Below are positions 36,305 to 46,478 of a stretch of DNA of 64,000 bases, piece after piece. Position numbers and translations under genes: made by a program. The stretch comes from Candidatus Fermentithermobacillaceae bacterium (GTDB lineage Bacteria > Bacillota > Sulfobacillia > Fermentithermobacillales > Fermentithermobacillaceae). Every line of letters starts with the position of its first letter. The first letter of the stretch is position 1. Under the pieces are notes generated by a model that worked only from the letters and a program-made list of their open reading frames with translations, was not told where the DNA came from and made no database searches. The DNA lies in assembly GCA_012840345.1 (NCBI GenBank), contig DULO01000093.1, positions 1,788-65,787 on the forward strand, given 5' to 3'.

Positions 36305-37884
36305 TAGAAATCCATTTCCTCCACTTGTTCGCGTGAAGAATCCGCCGGGCCGCCTTCATCCTTCTTTTTGATGATCGTGTCGATCCTCAAGATGGCGCAC
36401 GCGATCTCCAAAGCTGCCTTTAGCGCGTGAATCTTCACAGGTGCCGGGTCGATCACGCCCATCTCCCACATATCTACGATCTCCCCGGTCTCGCAGTCCA
36501 CAGCCAGGCTATCGTTCCCTGTCTCTGTCTGGCGGGCTATCACGTCGCCCACCTTTTCCAACGGGTTGAAACCGGCGTTAAGCACTATCTGAGACATGGG
36601 CCGCTTTAAGGCCTCGACCACGCACAGAAGGCCGTACGCCTGCATGCCTTTCTGGCTTGACCTCATCTTGTCGACTTCTCTGGACAAGGCGATTTCTATG
36701 GCGCCGCCTCCCGCCACCACACCGCCCCTAACGGCAGCTTGCACGGAAGCCGCGGCGTCGGTGCATATCCTTTCCCTTTCGCCCCGCACCTCTTCCGTGG
36801 TCGCCCCAACCAGAATCGTGGCCATGGGTTTGCCTCGCCCGCCGAGGATCCTCACGTTCTCCAGCTTTGGGTCCTCGTACACGGTCTGGGCCGACCCGAG
36901 GTATTTCCACAGCTCTTCTGGCGGTTTCTTGAGTCCCGTCCTCTTAACGGACCTGGCGCCCGTGTGCTCGCAAACCTTACGTATCTCAGCCGAAGACACC
37001 CTGGCCAGGACCATGACGCCGGCGTCTGACAGGATCTCTTCGGCGATGTCGCTCACTCCGCCGTCAACGACTATGAGGCCGACGCCCATCCGGACGATTT
37101 TGGCCAGGTTTCTCTTGAACTCTTCCTGTAGGTCAAGATACCTTTGGAACCCGGCCTCGGTAGCCAAGGCTTCTTCCTCAACCTGCTCCGGCTCCAGCGA
37201 GTCGTCCACCACCAAAACGCGGGGCTCGGACAGTGACTCGGGCATCTCCTCGTTAATCCGTTTCTTGTCCACAATGATTCCGGCGAAGACTTCGTTTTCG
37301 GCGCCTTCTTTGGCGACGATGGTCTCGGACAGCTTGAACCTGCGGTCAAGGAGCTTCTCCTTGCCGACCATGATAGCTGCCTGAACAACCAGGTCAGCGA
37401 TGTCCTGGTTTTCTCGCCCGGCGACCAAGGCGACCTTCCTCAACAGGGGGTCGGTGACGTCGTCGATCCGTACGGCCTTCTCCTCGATTACCTGCACCGC
37501 CCTGGAAATGCCCGCCTTGATGCCGTCTATGAGCCTGGTGACGGGCACTCCGCGTATGGCCTGGGCAACGCCTTCGGAAAGGAGGGAACCCGCCATGATG
37601 GTGGCAGTTGTAGTCCCGTCGCCGACTTCGTCTTCTTGGGCTTTGGCGGTGTTGATGACCATTTTGGCCGCTGGATGGTTTACATCCATCTTGGTGAGGA
37701 TGGTCATGCCGTCGTTTGTGATGACCACTTCTCCGAACCTGTCTACAAGCAGGGTGTCGAGCCCTTTAGGCCCGATGGTCCCTTCCACAGCCGAAGCTAT
37801 GGCGCGAACCGCGTTGGCGTTGGTCAATAGAGCAGCAAGTTTCTCGTCGACCTCAGAACCCTGAGCCGCTTGTCTAAGAGTCAT
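36304..37884 (-). CDS. archaeal-like chaperonin (thermosome / group II-III Cpn60 family)
   Basis: 526 aa. [11 protein letters not shown]...ITNDGMTIL and the ATP-binding GDGTTTATI motif are typical of the TCP-1/thermosome family rather than GroEL. It sits between hrcA and dnaJ, where grpE-dnaK would normally be. Confidence 0.85.
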   Translation of the reverse strand: MTLRQAAQGSEVDEKLAALLTNANAVRAIASAVEGTIGPKGLDTLLVDRFGEVVITNDGMTILTKMDVNHPAAKMVINTAKAQEDEVGDGTTTATIMAGSLLSEGVAQAIRGVPVTRLIDGIKAGISRAVQVIEEKAVRIDDVTDPLLRKVALVAGRENQDIADLVVQAAIMVGKEKLLDRRFKLSETIVAKEGAENEVFAGIIVDKKRINEEMPESLSEPRVLVVDDSLEPEQVEEEALATEAGFQRYLDLQEEFKRNLAKIVRMGVGLIVVDGGVSDIAEEILSDAGVMVLARVSSAEIRKVCEHTGARSVKRTGLKKPPEELWKYLGSAQTVYEDPKLENVRILGGRGKPMATILVGATTEEVRGERERICTDAAASVQAAVRGGVVAGGGAIEIALSREVDKMRSSQKGMQAYGLLCVVEALKRPMSQIVLNAGFNPLEKVGDVIARQTETGNDSLAVDCETGEIVDMWEMGVIDPAPVKIHALKAALEIACAILRIDTIIKKKDEGGPADSSREQVEEMDF

Positions 37885-37913
37885 GTTCTACCTCCCGCCT
37901 AAGTCGAATCCAA

Positions 37914-38939
37914 CTAGGAAAGGGACTCGGAAAGCCGCCTTTCGCAAAACTTGATGATCGCGACTGATCGGGCGTAGTCCATCCTCCTAGGGCCCAGGAG
38001 TCCGATCCTTCCCTCGGCGTTGCCGGCGGTAAACCGGCCGTAGACCAAGCTCAGGTCACGGATGGCTCCCACCGGGCTCTCGGCGCCGATGCGGATGATG
38101 GGGTCGCCTTCCCGGTGATCATTTGAAAGGATGTATTGGATTAAGCCCTCGCTCTCTATGGCGGATAGGAGTTCCTTTACCCGTCCCACGTCCCGAAACT
38201 CAGGCTGACTTAACAAATTGGCGGTCCCGCCGACAAATAGGCGTTCTTCATCAGGCTCGGTCGCGAGGCCTCTCAAGAAAGCGGCGGCCTGGTCGATTAT
38301 CTCGGCGTACCTCGAGGCTTCTTCCCGGATCAAAGCCTGCGCCCTGTCGGCCACTTTGTCCAGCCGGACGGAACCCAGATTCCGGGTGAGCATGTCCGAC
38401 ACATATCTCATTTCATCAATGGTCATATCCGGAGCGTCGATGAGGCAGGTCTCAACATACCCCACGTCCGTGATGATCACCAGGAGAGCCTTTCTGGACG
38501 AAGCCGGCAAGAGGTGTATGGAGTTGAAAGTCACTTCGCCCGAATCGGGTCCCAGGACAAACGCGAGATAGTTTGTCGCGTCAGATATCACTTTGACCGT
38601 TTCTTTCAAAAGAGAGACTACGTCTTTAGCCCTGGAGCGGAAAAGGGACTCAAGGGCGTACACTTCGTCATCATGAAGCCGGACTTGAGGCATGAGCTCG
38701 TCAACGTAAAACCGGTACCCCCTGTCTGAAGGGATTCGGCCAGACGAGGTGTGAGGCTTGTCGAGATAGCCCGTTTCCTCAAGCTCCGCCATTTCGTTTC
38801 TGATGGTCGCGGGGCTCACGCCCAGCGCGTATCTCTTGGCGATAGTGCGGGAACCGACAGGCAAGCCTGTTTCGATATGCTCTTCCACGACGGCTCTCAA
38901 AACGCGAGCTTTTCTGTCGTCGAGAGTCACTAACGACAC
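37914..38939 (-). CDS. hrcA: heat-inducible transcription repressor HrcA
   Basis: 341 aa with the HrcA winged-helix N-terminus (RKARVLRAVVEEHIETGLPVGSRTIAKRY). Confidence 0.9.
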   Translation of the reverse strand: MSLVTLDDRKARVLRAVVEEHIETGLPVGSRTIAKRYALGVSPATIRNEMAELEETGYLDKPHTSSGRIPSDRGYRFYVDELMPQVRLHDDEVYALESLFRSRAKDVVSLLKETVKVISDATNYLAFVLGPDSGEVTFNSIHLLPASSRKALLVIITDVGYVETCLIDAPDMTIDEMRYVSDMLTRNLGSVRLDKVADRAQALIREEASRYAEIIDQAAAFLRGLATEPDEERLFVGGTANLLSQPEFRDVGRVKELLSAIESEGLIQYILSNDHREGDPIIRIGAESPVGAIRDLSLVYGRFTAGNAEGRIGLLGPRRMDYARSVAIIKFCERRLSESLS

Positions 38940-38946
38940 TCCCTTT

Positions 38947-38973
38947 TTAGCACTCCTGGGATGAGAGTGCTAA
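38947..38973. promoter_or_regulatory. CIRCE operator (HrcA binding site)
   Basis: TTAGCACTC-CTGGGATGA-GAGTGCTAA is a perfect match to the CIRCE consensus TTAGCACTC-N9-GAGTGCTAA. It lies immediately upstream of hrcA. Confidence 0.9.
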
Positions 38974-39154
38974 TCTAGATGCAAAATAGCACGGGACAAG
39001 GACAGGTGTCAACGGGGAGGAAACGGCGCCCCGGCCCCTCGCGACATCGCGGTCCCTTGCGGTACGGTGGCCTCTTACGGCTCGCCACCCCTCACGGTCT
39101 GCCACGGCAACGCGGGTCTCGGGACATCGCGAACCCTGACGGCATAGGGACGCC

Positions 39155-40258
39155 TCACGGCATCGCGGGAGCCGCGGGCAGCGTCAGCGAAGCTATGACC
39201 CATGCCAGGGCTTCCATGCTGTTCTTGCATTCGGCGAGCGTGTTGTCCACTCCCCCAACCTCAACCAGGATGGCGTTGGGAGAGTAGTGTTGGTTATAGT
39301 AGGCGGACGCGTAGAGAATCCCCCTGGAAATGCCCGGATAGGCGTCTTCTAGCATCGACACTATCTTCCGGGCCAACTCGTAGTTCTTCACCCAGTTCGG
39401 GTTGTCTGTACCCACCACCAGCATCAGCCTGGCGTAAGACTTCCCCCGGATGGTTACGGTGGTAAGGTTCTTGGGCTGGCTGTCCCGGTGTAAGTCTATG
39501 AGAAGCGCGCATGACGGGTATTTCTCCAGTAGGGCCTTGACCGTCTGCTCCGAACGATAGTAAGCCCCCACTCTGGAATCGGCATCGTGGATGGTCTTAG
39601 AGTGGACGCACGCTATACGGTACCTGTTTTCCAGTTCGGAAACCAAGTACTCGCCGACCTTGATGACCGACCGTGAAGTGTCGGACGTGAAGGCAGCCTC
39701 GGCGGCCTTCTTCCCGATTTCAGGCAAGTAAGACTCTGTAGCGTGAGTGTGGTAGATGGCCACCGTAGGAGTGGTGAGGCCAACCGAAGCCGCTTGGCCC
39801 CCCTCCCCGGGAGGGAGACTGTAAAGGACGGGGCTCAATCCCCAGTCTTCTTCCAAATTCTGAGGGATCGTCACGCTGGCGGCCACGTCTGACGTGAACC
39901 CCGGCAACTGGGCGAGTATCAAGTCTTGCGCGCCTATCGGAGTGAATCCCATGAACCAGCCAAAGATCGAGGCCATGACGCCCGGAGCCTCGTGCTCCTC
40001 CCCGTACCTCTCCATGTAGCCGATGATAGGAAAACCCGCCCGGAGGACGGTTTTCGCCAGGTCGTGCCTCGTCCACAACAGCCCGTAGAGGGACGGTGAC
40101 ATCACTTCGCCCGGGACATCACCTAGCTCTCCCGAAAAAGCCATCCGGGAACGGTCCGCCGGGATAGTCAGGACAAAAGCCAAGAGAAACGCCATGAGGA
40201 GTACTTGAATAATGAAGAGCCGGGCGATGTTCCGCTTTCCGGTCTCCATAATCCTCAC
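39155..40258 (-). CDS. spoIIP: stage II sporulation protein P (SpoIIP)
   Basis: 367 aa with an N-terminal TM helix and the SpoIIP motif VAIYHTHATESYLPE. Confidence 0.8.
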   Translation of the reverse strand: MRIMETGKRNIARLFIIQVLLMAFLLAFVLTIPADRSRMAFSGELGDVPGEVMSPSLYGLLWTRHDLAKTVLRAGFPIIGYMERYGEEHEAPGVMASIFGWFMGFTPIGAQDLILAQLPGFTSDVAASVTIPQNLEEDWGLSPVLYSLPPGEGGQAASVGLTTPTVAIYHTHATESYLPEIGKKAAEAAFTSDTSRSVIKVGEYLVSELENRYRIACVHSKTIHDADSRVGAYYRSEQTVKALLEKYPSCALLIDLHRDSQPKNLTTVTIRGKSYARLMLVVGTDNPNWVKNYELARKIVSMLEDAYPGISRGILYASAYYNQHYSPNAILVEVGGVDNTLAECKNSMEALAWVIASLTLPAAPAMP

Positions 40259-40354
40259 CTCCCTCCATTCCGTTTATGAAAGGAAGGCTCAGATCATACC
40301 CGGAGTTTGGACAAGGCCCGGCTCGCCGGATAGCTTTCTGTACCTGACTGCCTG

Positions 40355-40711
40355 TTACCTGACTACGGTGGGGACAAACGCGTCTATGATTCCGACCACC
40401 AATGAGGCCAGAAGGGCGCCGAGTATGCTGACGTTCATGCCCGGCACCAAGAACTGGGCCACGTAGATGACTACGGCGGCTGTTATGAATCCGATGATGC
40501 CCCGGGACTGTGGTGAGACTCTCTCGCCCAGGATGGCCTCAACGCCCCAACCTAAGAGCGCGATCACGACCGCGGCCAGGAGAGCGTTCAGGAATCCAAG
40601 CACCTCAAATCCCGGCAAAATCAGTCCCATAACCATTAGAACGATGGCCGAAACCACGAACCGTATGATTGCCCCTATCCATGAACCTCCACGCATGTCA
40701 CTCACCTCCAT
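40355..40711 (-). CDS. DUF360 / Phage_holin_4_2-family small membrane protein (YvlD-like)
   Basis: 118 aa with four predicted TM helices and a Gly/Ala/Ile/Val-rich composition typical of YvlD-like proteins. Confidence 0.5.
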   Translation of the reverse strand: MEVSDMRGGSWIGAIIRFVVSAIVLMVMGLILPGFEVLGFLNALLAAVVIALLGWGVEAILGERVSPQSRGIIGFITAAVVIYVAQFLVPGMNVSILGALLASLVVGIIDAFVPTVVR

Positions 40712-40834
40712 ACGAGCCTAGGAAAAGACTCAGAGAGTATCATGCCCAGTACGCGGAGGAAAATTCAGCGGAAAAATCAACTTGCGCCCAAATGCATCCT
40801 TTACTATAGTAGTTCCCAACAACTCAAGAGACAC

Positions 40835-41036
40835 CTCTTTCATCGAGAGGCGGCGGAGGGACAGGCCCAATGATGCCACGGCAACCCATCCCCAGGGAAT
40901 AACCCTGCGGGATAACGGTGCCAACTCCTGCGGACTGAAGCGCCTTTAGCGCGGGGTACGGTCCGGAAGATGAGAGTGAAGGTGACGGCAATCAACCTTC
41001 ATTCTTATGAGGGTTATTTTTTTAGCCTATCTCCCG
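40835..41036 (+). promoter_or_regulatory. SAM-I (S-box) riboswitch with terminator, leader of the metF-metH operon
   Basis: CTCTTTCATCGAGAGGCGGCGGAGGGACAGGCCCAATGATGCC...GGTGCCAACTCCTGCGG...GAAGATGAGAG matches the conserved S-box P1-P4 elements. It is followed by the hairpin AACCTTCAT...ATGAGGGTT plus ATTTTTTT. Confidence 0.8.
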
Positions 41037-41068
41037 GACCTTTCGTTTAGAAATCTGGAGGGATAGGC

Positions 41069-42004
41069 ATGGCAAGGTTATCTTACAGACTCAAGCGGCG
41101 GTATTTCGTGGTCACTGCCGAAATTGACCCCCCAAAGGGACCCGACGTTCAGAAGACCCTCGAGAAAATCAGGAAATTCGCCGACAAAGTGGACGCGGTC
41201 AACGTGGCTGATTGCCCCATGGCAAACGTCCGCATGAGTCCGATCACTCTTGCCCACCTCATCCAAAGGGACGTCGGCGTCGAAGCCATTTTCCATCTTA
41301 CCTGCAGGGATAGAAACGTAATCGGCCTGCAGGCGGAACTCCTTGGCGCCGCCGGTCTGGGCGTCCGCAACATACTCGCCCTCCGGGGCGACGACCCTTC
41401 GAGAGGAGACCACCCCGACGCCAAAGGCGTGTTCGAAGTGGACGTAATACGCCTTATCGAACTGGCTTCCTCGCTTAACGCCGGCCGGACGGTAACCGGA
41501 GGCGAACTGGAACAAGGGACCGATTTCGCCATAGGCTGCGTCACCAATCCCGGCGCGGAAGACCTTGAGAGAGAGGTCTCTCGCCTGGAGGAGAAGATAG
41601 CCGCGGGAGCCAGCTTCGTTCAAACCCAACCGGTCTACGATCCCGCGCTGTTCGACCGCTGGCTGCGCAAGATAGACGGGCGAATTCACGCCCCCATCCT
41701 CTACGGAGTCATGCCCCTCAGGAGTTATGAGTTCGCCGCGCACCTTAACAGAAACGTGCCAGGCATCGTCGTTCCCGACTGGGCAGTGGAACGAATGCGA
41801 AACGGCGGACGGGAAGAGGGGCTTAGGCTCACGTATGAGTTGCTTTCCCGCATCAAGCCCCATTTGCGAGGTATACACATATTCCCAATGAACGCGCCGT
41901 CGCGGGTCTTGGATGTCCTGCGCGTCCTGGACGAACTGGAGCTCCTGGAGACTGAGGAGGAACCGGTTGCGGCGGATACAGCTGGAACGTCGGGTGCAAG
42001 GTGA
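41069..42004 (+). CDS. metF: 5,10-methylenetetrahydrofolate reductase
   Basis: 311 aa with the MetF TIM-barrel motifs (VTAEIDPPKG, HLTCRD, LALRGD). Confidence 0.9.
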   Translation: MARLSYRLKRRYFVVTAEIDPPKGPDVQKTLEKIRKFADKVDAVNVADCPMANVRMSPITLAHLIQRDVGVEAIFHLTCRDRNVIGLQAELLGAAGLGVRNILALRGDDPSRGDHPDAKGVFEVDVIRLIELASSLNAGRTVTGGELEQGTDFAIGCVTNPGAEDLEREVSRLEEKIAAGASFVQTQPVYDPALFDRWLRKIDGRIHAPILYGVMPLRSYEFAAHLNRNVPGIVVPDWAVERMRNGGREEGLRLTYELLSRIKPHLRGIHIFPMNAPSRVLDVLRVLDELELLETEEEPVAADTAGTSGAR

Positions 42005-42154
42005 GACCGAGGCACAAGCATCAGCAACATCTGTAGCCCGGCAAGCGGTGCCGCGAGGCAAGCGTGAGGAACGTCCGAGGTCCGGTGAGCGGTACCGGGA
42101 CGTAAACATCAGCAACATCGGAAGCCCTGTGAACTGTGGGAGGAGGAGCCCTTA

Positions 42155-44779
42155 ATGGACATCTTAGAGATGCTTAACAGAAGAATTCTCGTATTTGACG
42201 GGGCTACCGGCACTATGCTGCAGTCCAGAGGACTCCCCGCGGGCATGGCTCCCGAAGTATGGTGCCTGGAGAAGCCCGAAGAGGTTCGCTGGGTCCACAA
42301 GCAGTACGTGGACGCCGGCGCGCAAGTGATCGAGACAAACACTCTGGGCGCCACTCCGATGCGCCTGTCTCACTACGGGCTGGAAGACAAGGTGCGCGAG
42401 ATAAACTTGGCGGCGGTACGGATCGCCCGTGAGGCCGCGGAAGGCAAGGCACTGGTGGCTGCTTCTGTGGGCCCGTTGGGGACTCTGCTGGAGCCGCTCG
42501 GGACCCTCTCCTTTGACGAAGCGTACCGGCAGTTCGCGGAGCAGGCGAAAGCTCTGGCCGAAGCCAAGCCGGATTTCATAATAATCGAGACCATTGCCGA
42601 CCTAAATGAAATGAGAGCCGCCATAATCGCGTGCAAGGAAAACGCCCCGGGCATCAAGATAATCGCCCAGATGACTCTCGACGAGTCCGGACGGTCATTT
42701 ACAGGTACCGGCCCTGAGACCGCGGGACTGGTGATGCAGTCCTTGGGCGCCGACATCATCGGCTTTAACTGCTCCGTGGGACCCGCTCAGATGGTGGAAG
42801 CGGTAAGGCGCATCGCGAAAGTGGCGAGAGTTCCCGTCTCAGCGCAACCTAACGCCGGGATGCCCCGCCTTCAGGGAGGCGCCACCGTGTTCCCCATGGG
42901 GCCGGAAGAGTTCGCAAGCTACGGACCGAAACTCATTGAGGCCGGAGCGTCGGTGATAGGCGGTTGCTGCGGGACGACGCCCGAACACATCCGCCTGTTG
43001 AGAGGAGCCGTCTCGGGGCTCACTCCGCGCAGCGAATGCCCCGCTCTGGGGAAGTGCCTGGGGGTTACTTCCCGGACCGAACCCATTTTCTTCGCCGAGG
43101 CCAACCTGCCCGTCCCCATCGGCGAGAGGCTTAATCCCACGGGCAAAAAGGCGCTGGCTAAGGACATAAAGGAAGGGAAGTACTCGCTGGTCAGGCGTGA
43201 GGCCAAAGTCCAGGTGGCGGCGGGTGCCAAGATGCTTGACGTCAACGTCGGCGTCCCCCTCATTGACGAAGCCAAGGCGATGCGCGAGGCGGTTGTAGCC
43301 GTCCAGGAAGCAGTTACGGTTCCGCTGTGCATCGACTCGGCCTCTCCGGAAGCGCTTGAGGCCGGATTGAAAGCGTACGTTGGGAAAGCGATTGTGAACT
43401 CTTTCAGCCTTGAACAGGGCCGAGCCGAGGCCATCCTCCCCATCGCCAAACGGTACGGGGCCGCGGTCATCGGACTCACCATGGACGAAAACGGGATACC
43501 GTCCACCGCCGAAGACCGGCTGCATATAGCCCGGCGGTTGGTGGAAGTCGCCGGCGAGTACGGCATTCCTCCCTATGACGTGATCATCGATCCTTTGGCC
43601 CTCACGGCAGGTGCTCAACAGTCTCAGGCCCTGCAGACACTCAGAGCCATCTGCGCTCTGAAGTTCGAGTTGGGATGCAAGACGTCCCTAGGAGTATCCA
43701 ACGTGTCTTTCGGGCTGCCCAACCGCAGTTTCCTAAACGCCGCTTATCTCACCATGGCGATCACGGCCGGGTTGGATATGGCCATCGTGAATCCACTGGA
43801 TGAGAGGATCATGGATACCATCAGGGCCGCCAGAGTGTTCCTGGGCAGGGACCAGAACGCTAGAGAGTACATCTCGGTGGTGGGTCCCAAGCGGCTGGTC
43901 CACAACGAGGACGAGGTAGCGGGCAAGTTGGCAGGGCAAAGGCAGCACGAGGCGGCACAGCCGGCGCTACAGGCAGGTCAATCGGCAGCGCAGCCGGGAC
44001 AACAGCAGACAGTCGAGCCGCCACTACAAGCAGCGCAACAGGCACAACGAAGCGATGGAAGCGGGACCACGAGGTCCTCGCAAGGTTCGCCTGCCGCGGC
44101 AGACCGTCCGGGCGCGCCCGAACCGGGCACGCTGAACCGGAGGCTCTACGACGCGGTCTTGGAGGGAAACAAAGCTGACATCCTGCCGTTGGTGGAGGAA
44201 GCCCTATCCCAGGGCATATCCGCTTTGGACATCCTCAATGGCGCCCTGATACCCGCCATCGAGGAAACAGGAAGGCTTTTCGGCGCGGGCATATACTTCC
44301 TTCCCCAGCTCATGCTGTCGGCGAACGTGATGAAGGAAGCATTCGACCGCCTGAAACCGGAGCTTGCCAAAGCCAACGCCGGAGGAGAGCGGGCGGGCGT
44401 GGTCGTCCTGGCTACCGTCCAGGGAGACGTCCATGACATCGGGAAGAACCTCGTCGCCGTATTGCTGGAGAACCACGGCTTCACCGTCCACGACCTGGGA
44501 AGAGACGTGAGTCCCGAAACGGTGCTTCACGAAGCCCGCAGGCTTTCGGCAGACCTGGTGTGCCTGAGCGCCCTCATGACCACCACAATGCCAAAGATGA
44601 AAGAAGTAATCGACCTATTTGCTAAAGAGGGCTTTGACTGCCCGGTAATCGTCGGTGGGGCGGCCACGACCCAGTCTTTCGCGGATGAGATAGGCGCGGC
44701 CGGGTACGGACGAGACGCTCAAGAAGCCGTCACCGTGGCGAAAGGGATACTGGCTGAAAGGAAGTCCAGTACCCGATGA
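42155..44779 (+). CDS. metH: cobalamin-dependent methionine synthase, short form lacking the AdoMet reactivation domain
   Basis: 874 aa. It has a homocysteine S-methyltransferase domain, a pterin-binding domain, a Q/A-rich linker, and a B12-binding domain with GDVHDIGKN (DxHxxG). It ends after the Rossmann B12 domain. Confidence 0.9.
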   Translation: MDILEMLNRRILVFDGATGTMLQSRGLPAGMAPEVWCLEKPEEVRWVHKQYVDAGAQVIETNTLGATPMRLSHYGLEDKVREINLAAVRIAREAAEGKALVAASVGPLGTLLEPLGTLSFDEAYRQFAEQAKALAEAKPDFIIIETIADLNEMRAAIIACKENAPGIKIIAQMTLDESGRSFTGTGPETAGLVMQSLGADIIGFNCSVGPAQMVEAVRRIAKVARVPVSAQPNAGMPRLQGGATVFPMGPEEFASYGPKLIEAGASVIGGCCGTTPEHIRLLRGAVSGLTPRSECPALGKCLGVTSRTEPIFFAEANLPVPIGERLNPTGKKALAKDIKEGKYSLVRREAKVQVAAGAKMLDVNVGVPLIDEAKAMREAVVAVQEAVTVPLCIDSASPEALEAGLKAYVGKAIVNSFSLEQGRAEAILPIAKRYGAAVIGLTMDENGIPSTAEDRLHIARRLVEVAGEYGIPPYDVIIDPLALTAGAQQSQALQTLRAICALKFELGCKTSLGVSNVSFGLPNRSFLNAAYLTMAITAGLDMAIVNPLDERIMDTIRAARVFLGRDQNAREYISVVGPKRLVHNEDEVAGKLAGQRQHEAAQPALQAGQSAAQPGQQQTVEPPLQAAQQAQRSDGSGTTRSSQGSPAAADRPGAPEPGTLNRRLYDAVLEGNKADILPLVEEALSQGISALDILNGALIPAIEETGRLFGAGIYFLPQLMLSANVMKEAFDRLKPELAKANAGGERAGVVVLATVQGDVHDIGKNLVAVLLENHGFTVHDLGRDVSPETVLHEARRLSADLVCLSALMTTTMPKMKEVIDLFAKEGFDCPVIVGGAATTQSFADEIGAAGYGRDAQEAVTVAKGILAERKSSTR

Positions 44780-46410
44780 CGGCCGTGACAGTCCGCTGGG
44801 GAGGCGGAACAATAGAGGTTCCTCAAGGCACCCTGCTGTCCGACGCGCTCCGGATGGGTGGCGTGCATCTGGATATGCCGTGCGGCGGCCGCGGACGGTG
44901 CGGAAAGTGCGCGGTACTCGTTGAGTATGGGTCTGGGTCCGAGTCATCCGGTGCGAAGGCGTCCGGCGAAAGACCTGCCCCTGAACGCAGGCTCGCATGT
45001 CAGTTTCGCGTAGATAGGGACGTGACGGTGTTCGTCCCGGCCATTCCTCCGGCTGTTCCTTTGGAAGCGGGAGTTCCGGACTCCATGAACGCCATAGAAA
45101 CCATGAGGGCCAACCGGCCCGCTGCCTACTTCGGCAGTGTCGACCCTTGGATCACCTTGCCCGCGTCTGGTCCCGCGGCAGGTCTGGCGATTGACCTAGG
45201 CACAACGTCTATCGCCCTTTCCTTGGTAGACTTGCGAACAGGCGAAGAACTGGCGTCCTCAGCGCGTCCGAATCCCCAGGCGGCCTTCGGAGCGGACATC
45301 ATGTCCCGCCTGCTCTATGCCACATCCCGGTCCAGGAACAACGGAACATTACAGCGGCTCGCCCTAGAGTCCATAACAGACGCCTTCTCGGAACTGCTGA
45401 AGGCCTCGGGCTTGCGCCGCGAAGACGTGCTGGGAGCGGTTTTGGTCGCCAACACCGCCATGCATCACCTGGCTTTGGGGCTGTCGGTGAAGGACTTGTC
45501 GGTCCATCCCTACACAGCCGCGACTCTCAAGCCGAGAGAAGCCGACATACCCGGACTTCCGCGTCTGTACGCCCCGCCTGTGGTGTGGTCTTTCGTGGGG
45601 TCCGACTTAGTGGCGGCGGCAATCGCTACCGGTATCGCCGGCTGTATCGCCGGTGCCGTTGCGGTTGAGGACCCCGTCACCCGATTGTTGATAGACGTCG
45701 GCACCAACAGCGAGGTCCTCCTGAGTCACCAGGGCCGCCTGTACGCATGCTCGGCTCCGGCTGGACCCGCTTTCGAAGGCGGAGAGATATCCCAGGGAAT
45801 GCTCGCTTTGCCCGGCGCGGTCTTTGAGGTCTCAGACAACTTTGAGCTGTCTGTGGTGGGAGGAGGACAACCCAAGGGGATCTGCGGGTCAGGCATCGTG
45901 GATACCATCGCGGCTCTCCTCCGCGCCGGCGTTCTGGACGAAAACGGCCTGATGCGCGCGGAACAACCCTTCGCCGACCGCATCATCCACGAGACCGACG
46001 GTTCGCTTAAGTTCATGCTTGCTCCAGGCCTGTTTCTGACCCAGAAGGACATCCGGGCCGTCCAACTGGCCAAGGGTGCCCTGAGGTGCGCCGTCGACGC
46101 CCTTCTCGACGAAGCCGGTGCCGTTGCTTCCCAAATCGACGCCGTATACCTTGCCGGAGCGTTCGGGACATCGCTCAGGGTCGAGAATGCCCTGGAAATC
46201 GGCTTGGTCCCTCCCATCGCGCCGGCTAGGGTCAAGCAAGTGGGCAACGGCGCAATCCAAGGGGCAAAAGCAATCCTGCTGTCAGCCTGCGCGAAAGCCG
46301 AAGCGGAACGCCTCGCCAAGGCAATCCGGCACGTTGACCTTGCCTCACTCGAGGACTTCCAGGACCGGTTTCTCGCATCCCTATCGTTTGGTCCCGGGCT
46401 CGGGCGTTGA
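44776..46410 (+). CDS. RACo-like reductive activator of corrinoid proteins (N-terminal 2Fe-2S ferredoxin plus ASKHA/DUF4445 ATPase)
   Basis: The N-terminus has plant-type ferredoxin cysteines (CGGRGRCGKC). The C-terminus has ASKHA-like Gly-rich motifs (DLGTTS, DVGTNSE, GSGIVD). Its start overlaps the metH stop (ATGA). Confidence 0.7.
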   Translation: MTAVTVRWGGGTIEVPQGTLLSDALRMGGVHLDMPCGGRGRCGKCAVLVEYGSGSESSGAKASGERPAPERRLACQFRVDRDVTVFVPAIPPAVPLEAGVPDSMNAIETMRANRPAAYFGSVDPWITLPASGPAAGLAIDLGTTSIALSLVDLRTGEELASSARPNPQAAFGADIMSRLLYATSRSRNNGTLQRLALESITDAFSELLKASGLRREDVLGAVLVANTAMHHLALGLSVKDLSVHPYTAATLKPREADIPGLPRLYAPPVVWSFVGSDLVAAAIATGIAGCIAGAVAVEDPVTRLLIDVGTNSEVLLSHQGRLYACSAPAGPAFEGGEISQGMLALPGAVFEVSDNFELSVVGGGQPKGICGSGIVDTIAALLRAGVLDENGLMRAEQPFADRIIHETDGSLKFMLAPGLFLTQKDIRAVQLAKGALRCAVDALLDEAGAVASQIDAVYLAGAFGTSLRVENALEIGLVPPIAPARVKQVGNGAIQGAKAILLSACAKAEAERLAKAIRHVDLASLEDFQDRFLASLSFGPGLGR

Positions 46411-46478
46411 CCGCTCAAAAGCGGGCCCAAGTTCGACCGCGCGAACTAAGCATCATCCAACGCAAAGGGGGTTCTTAG

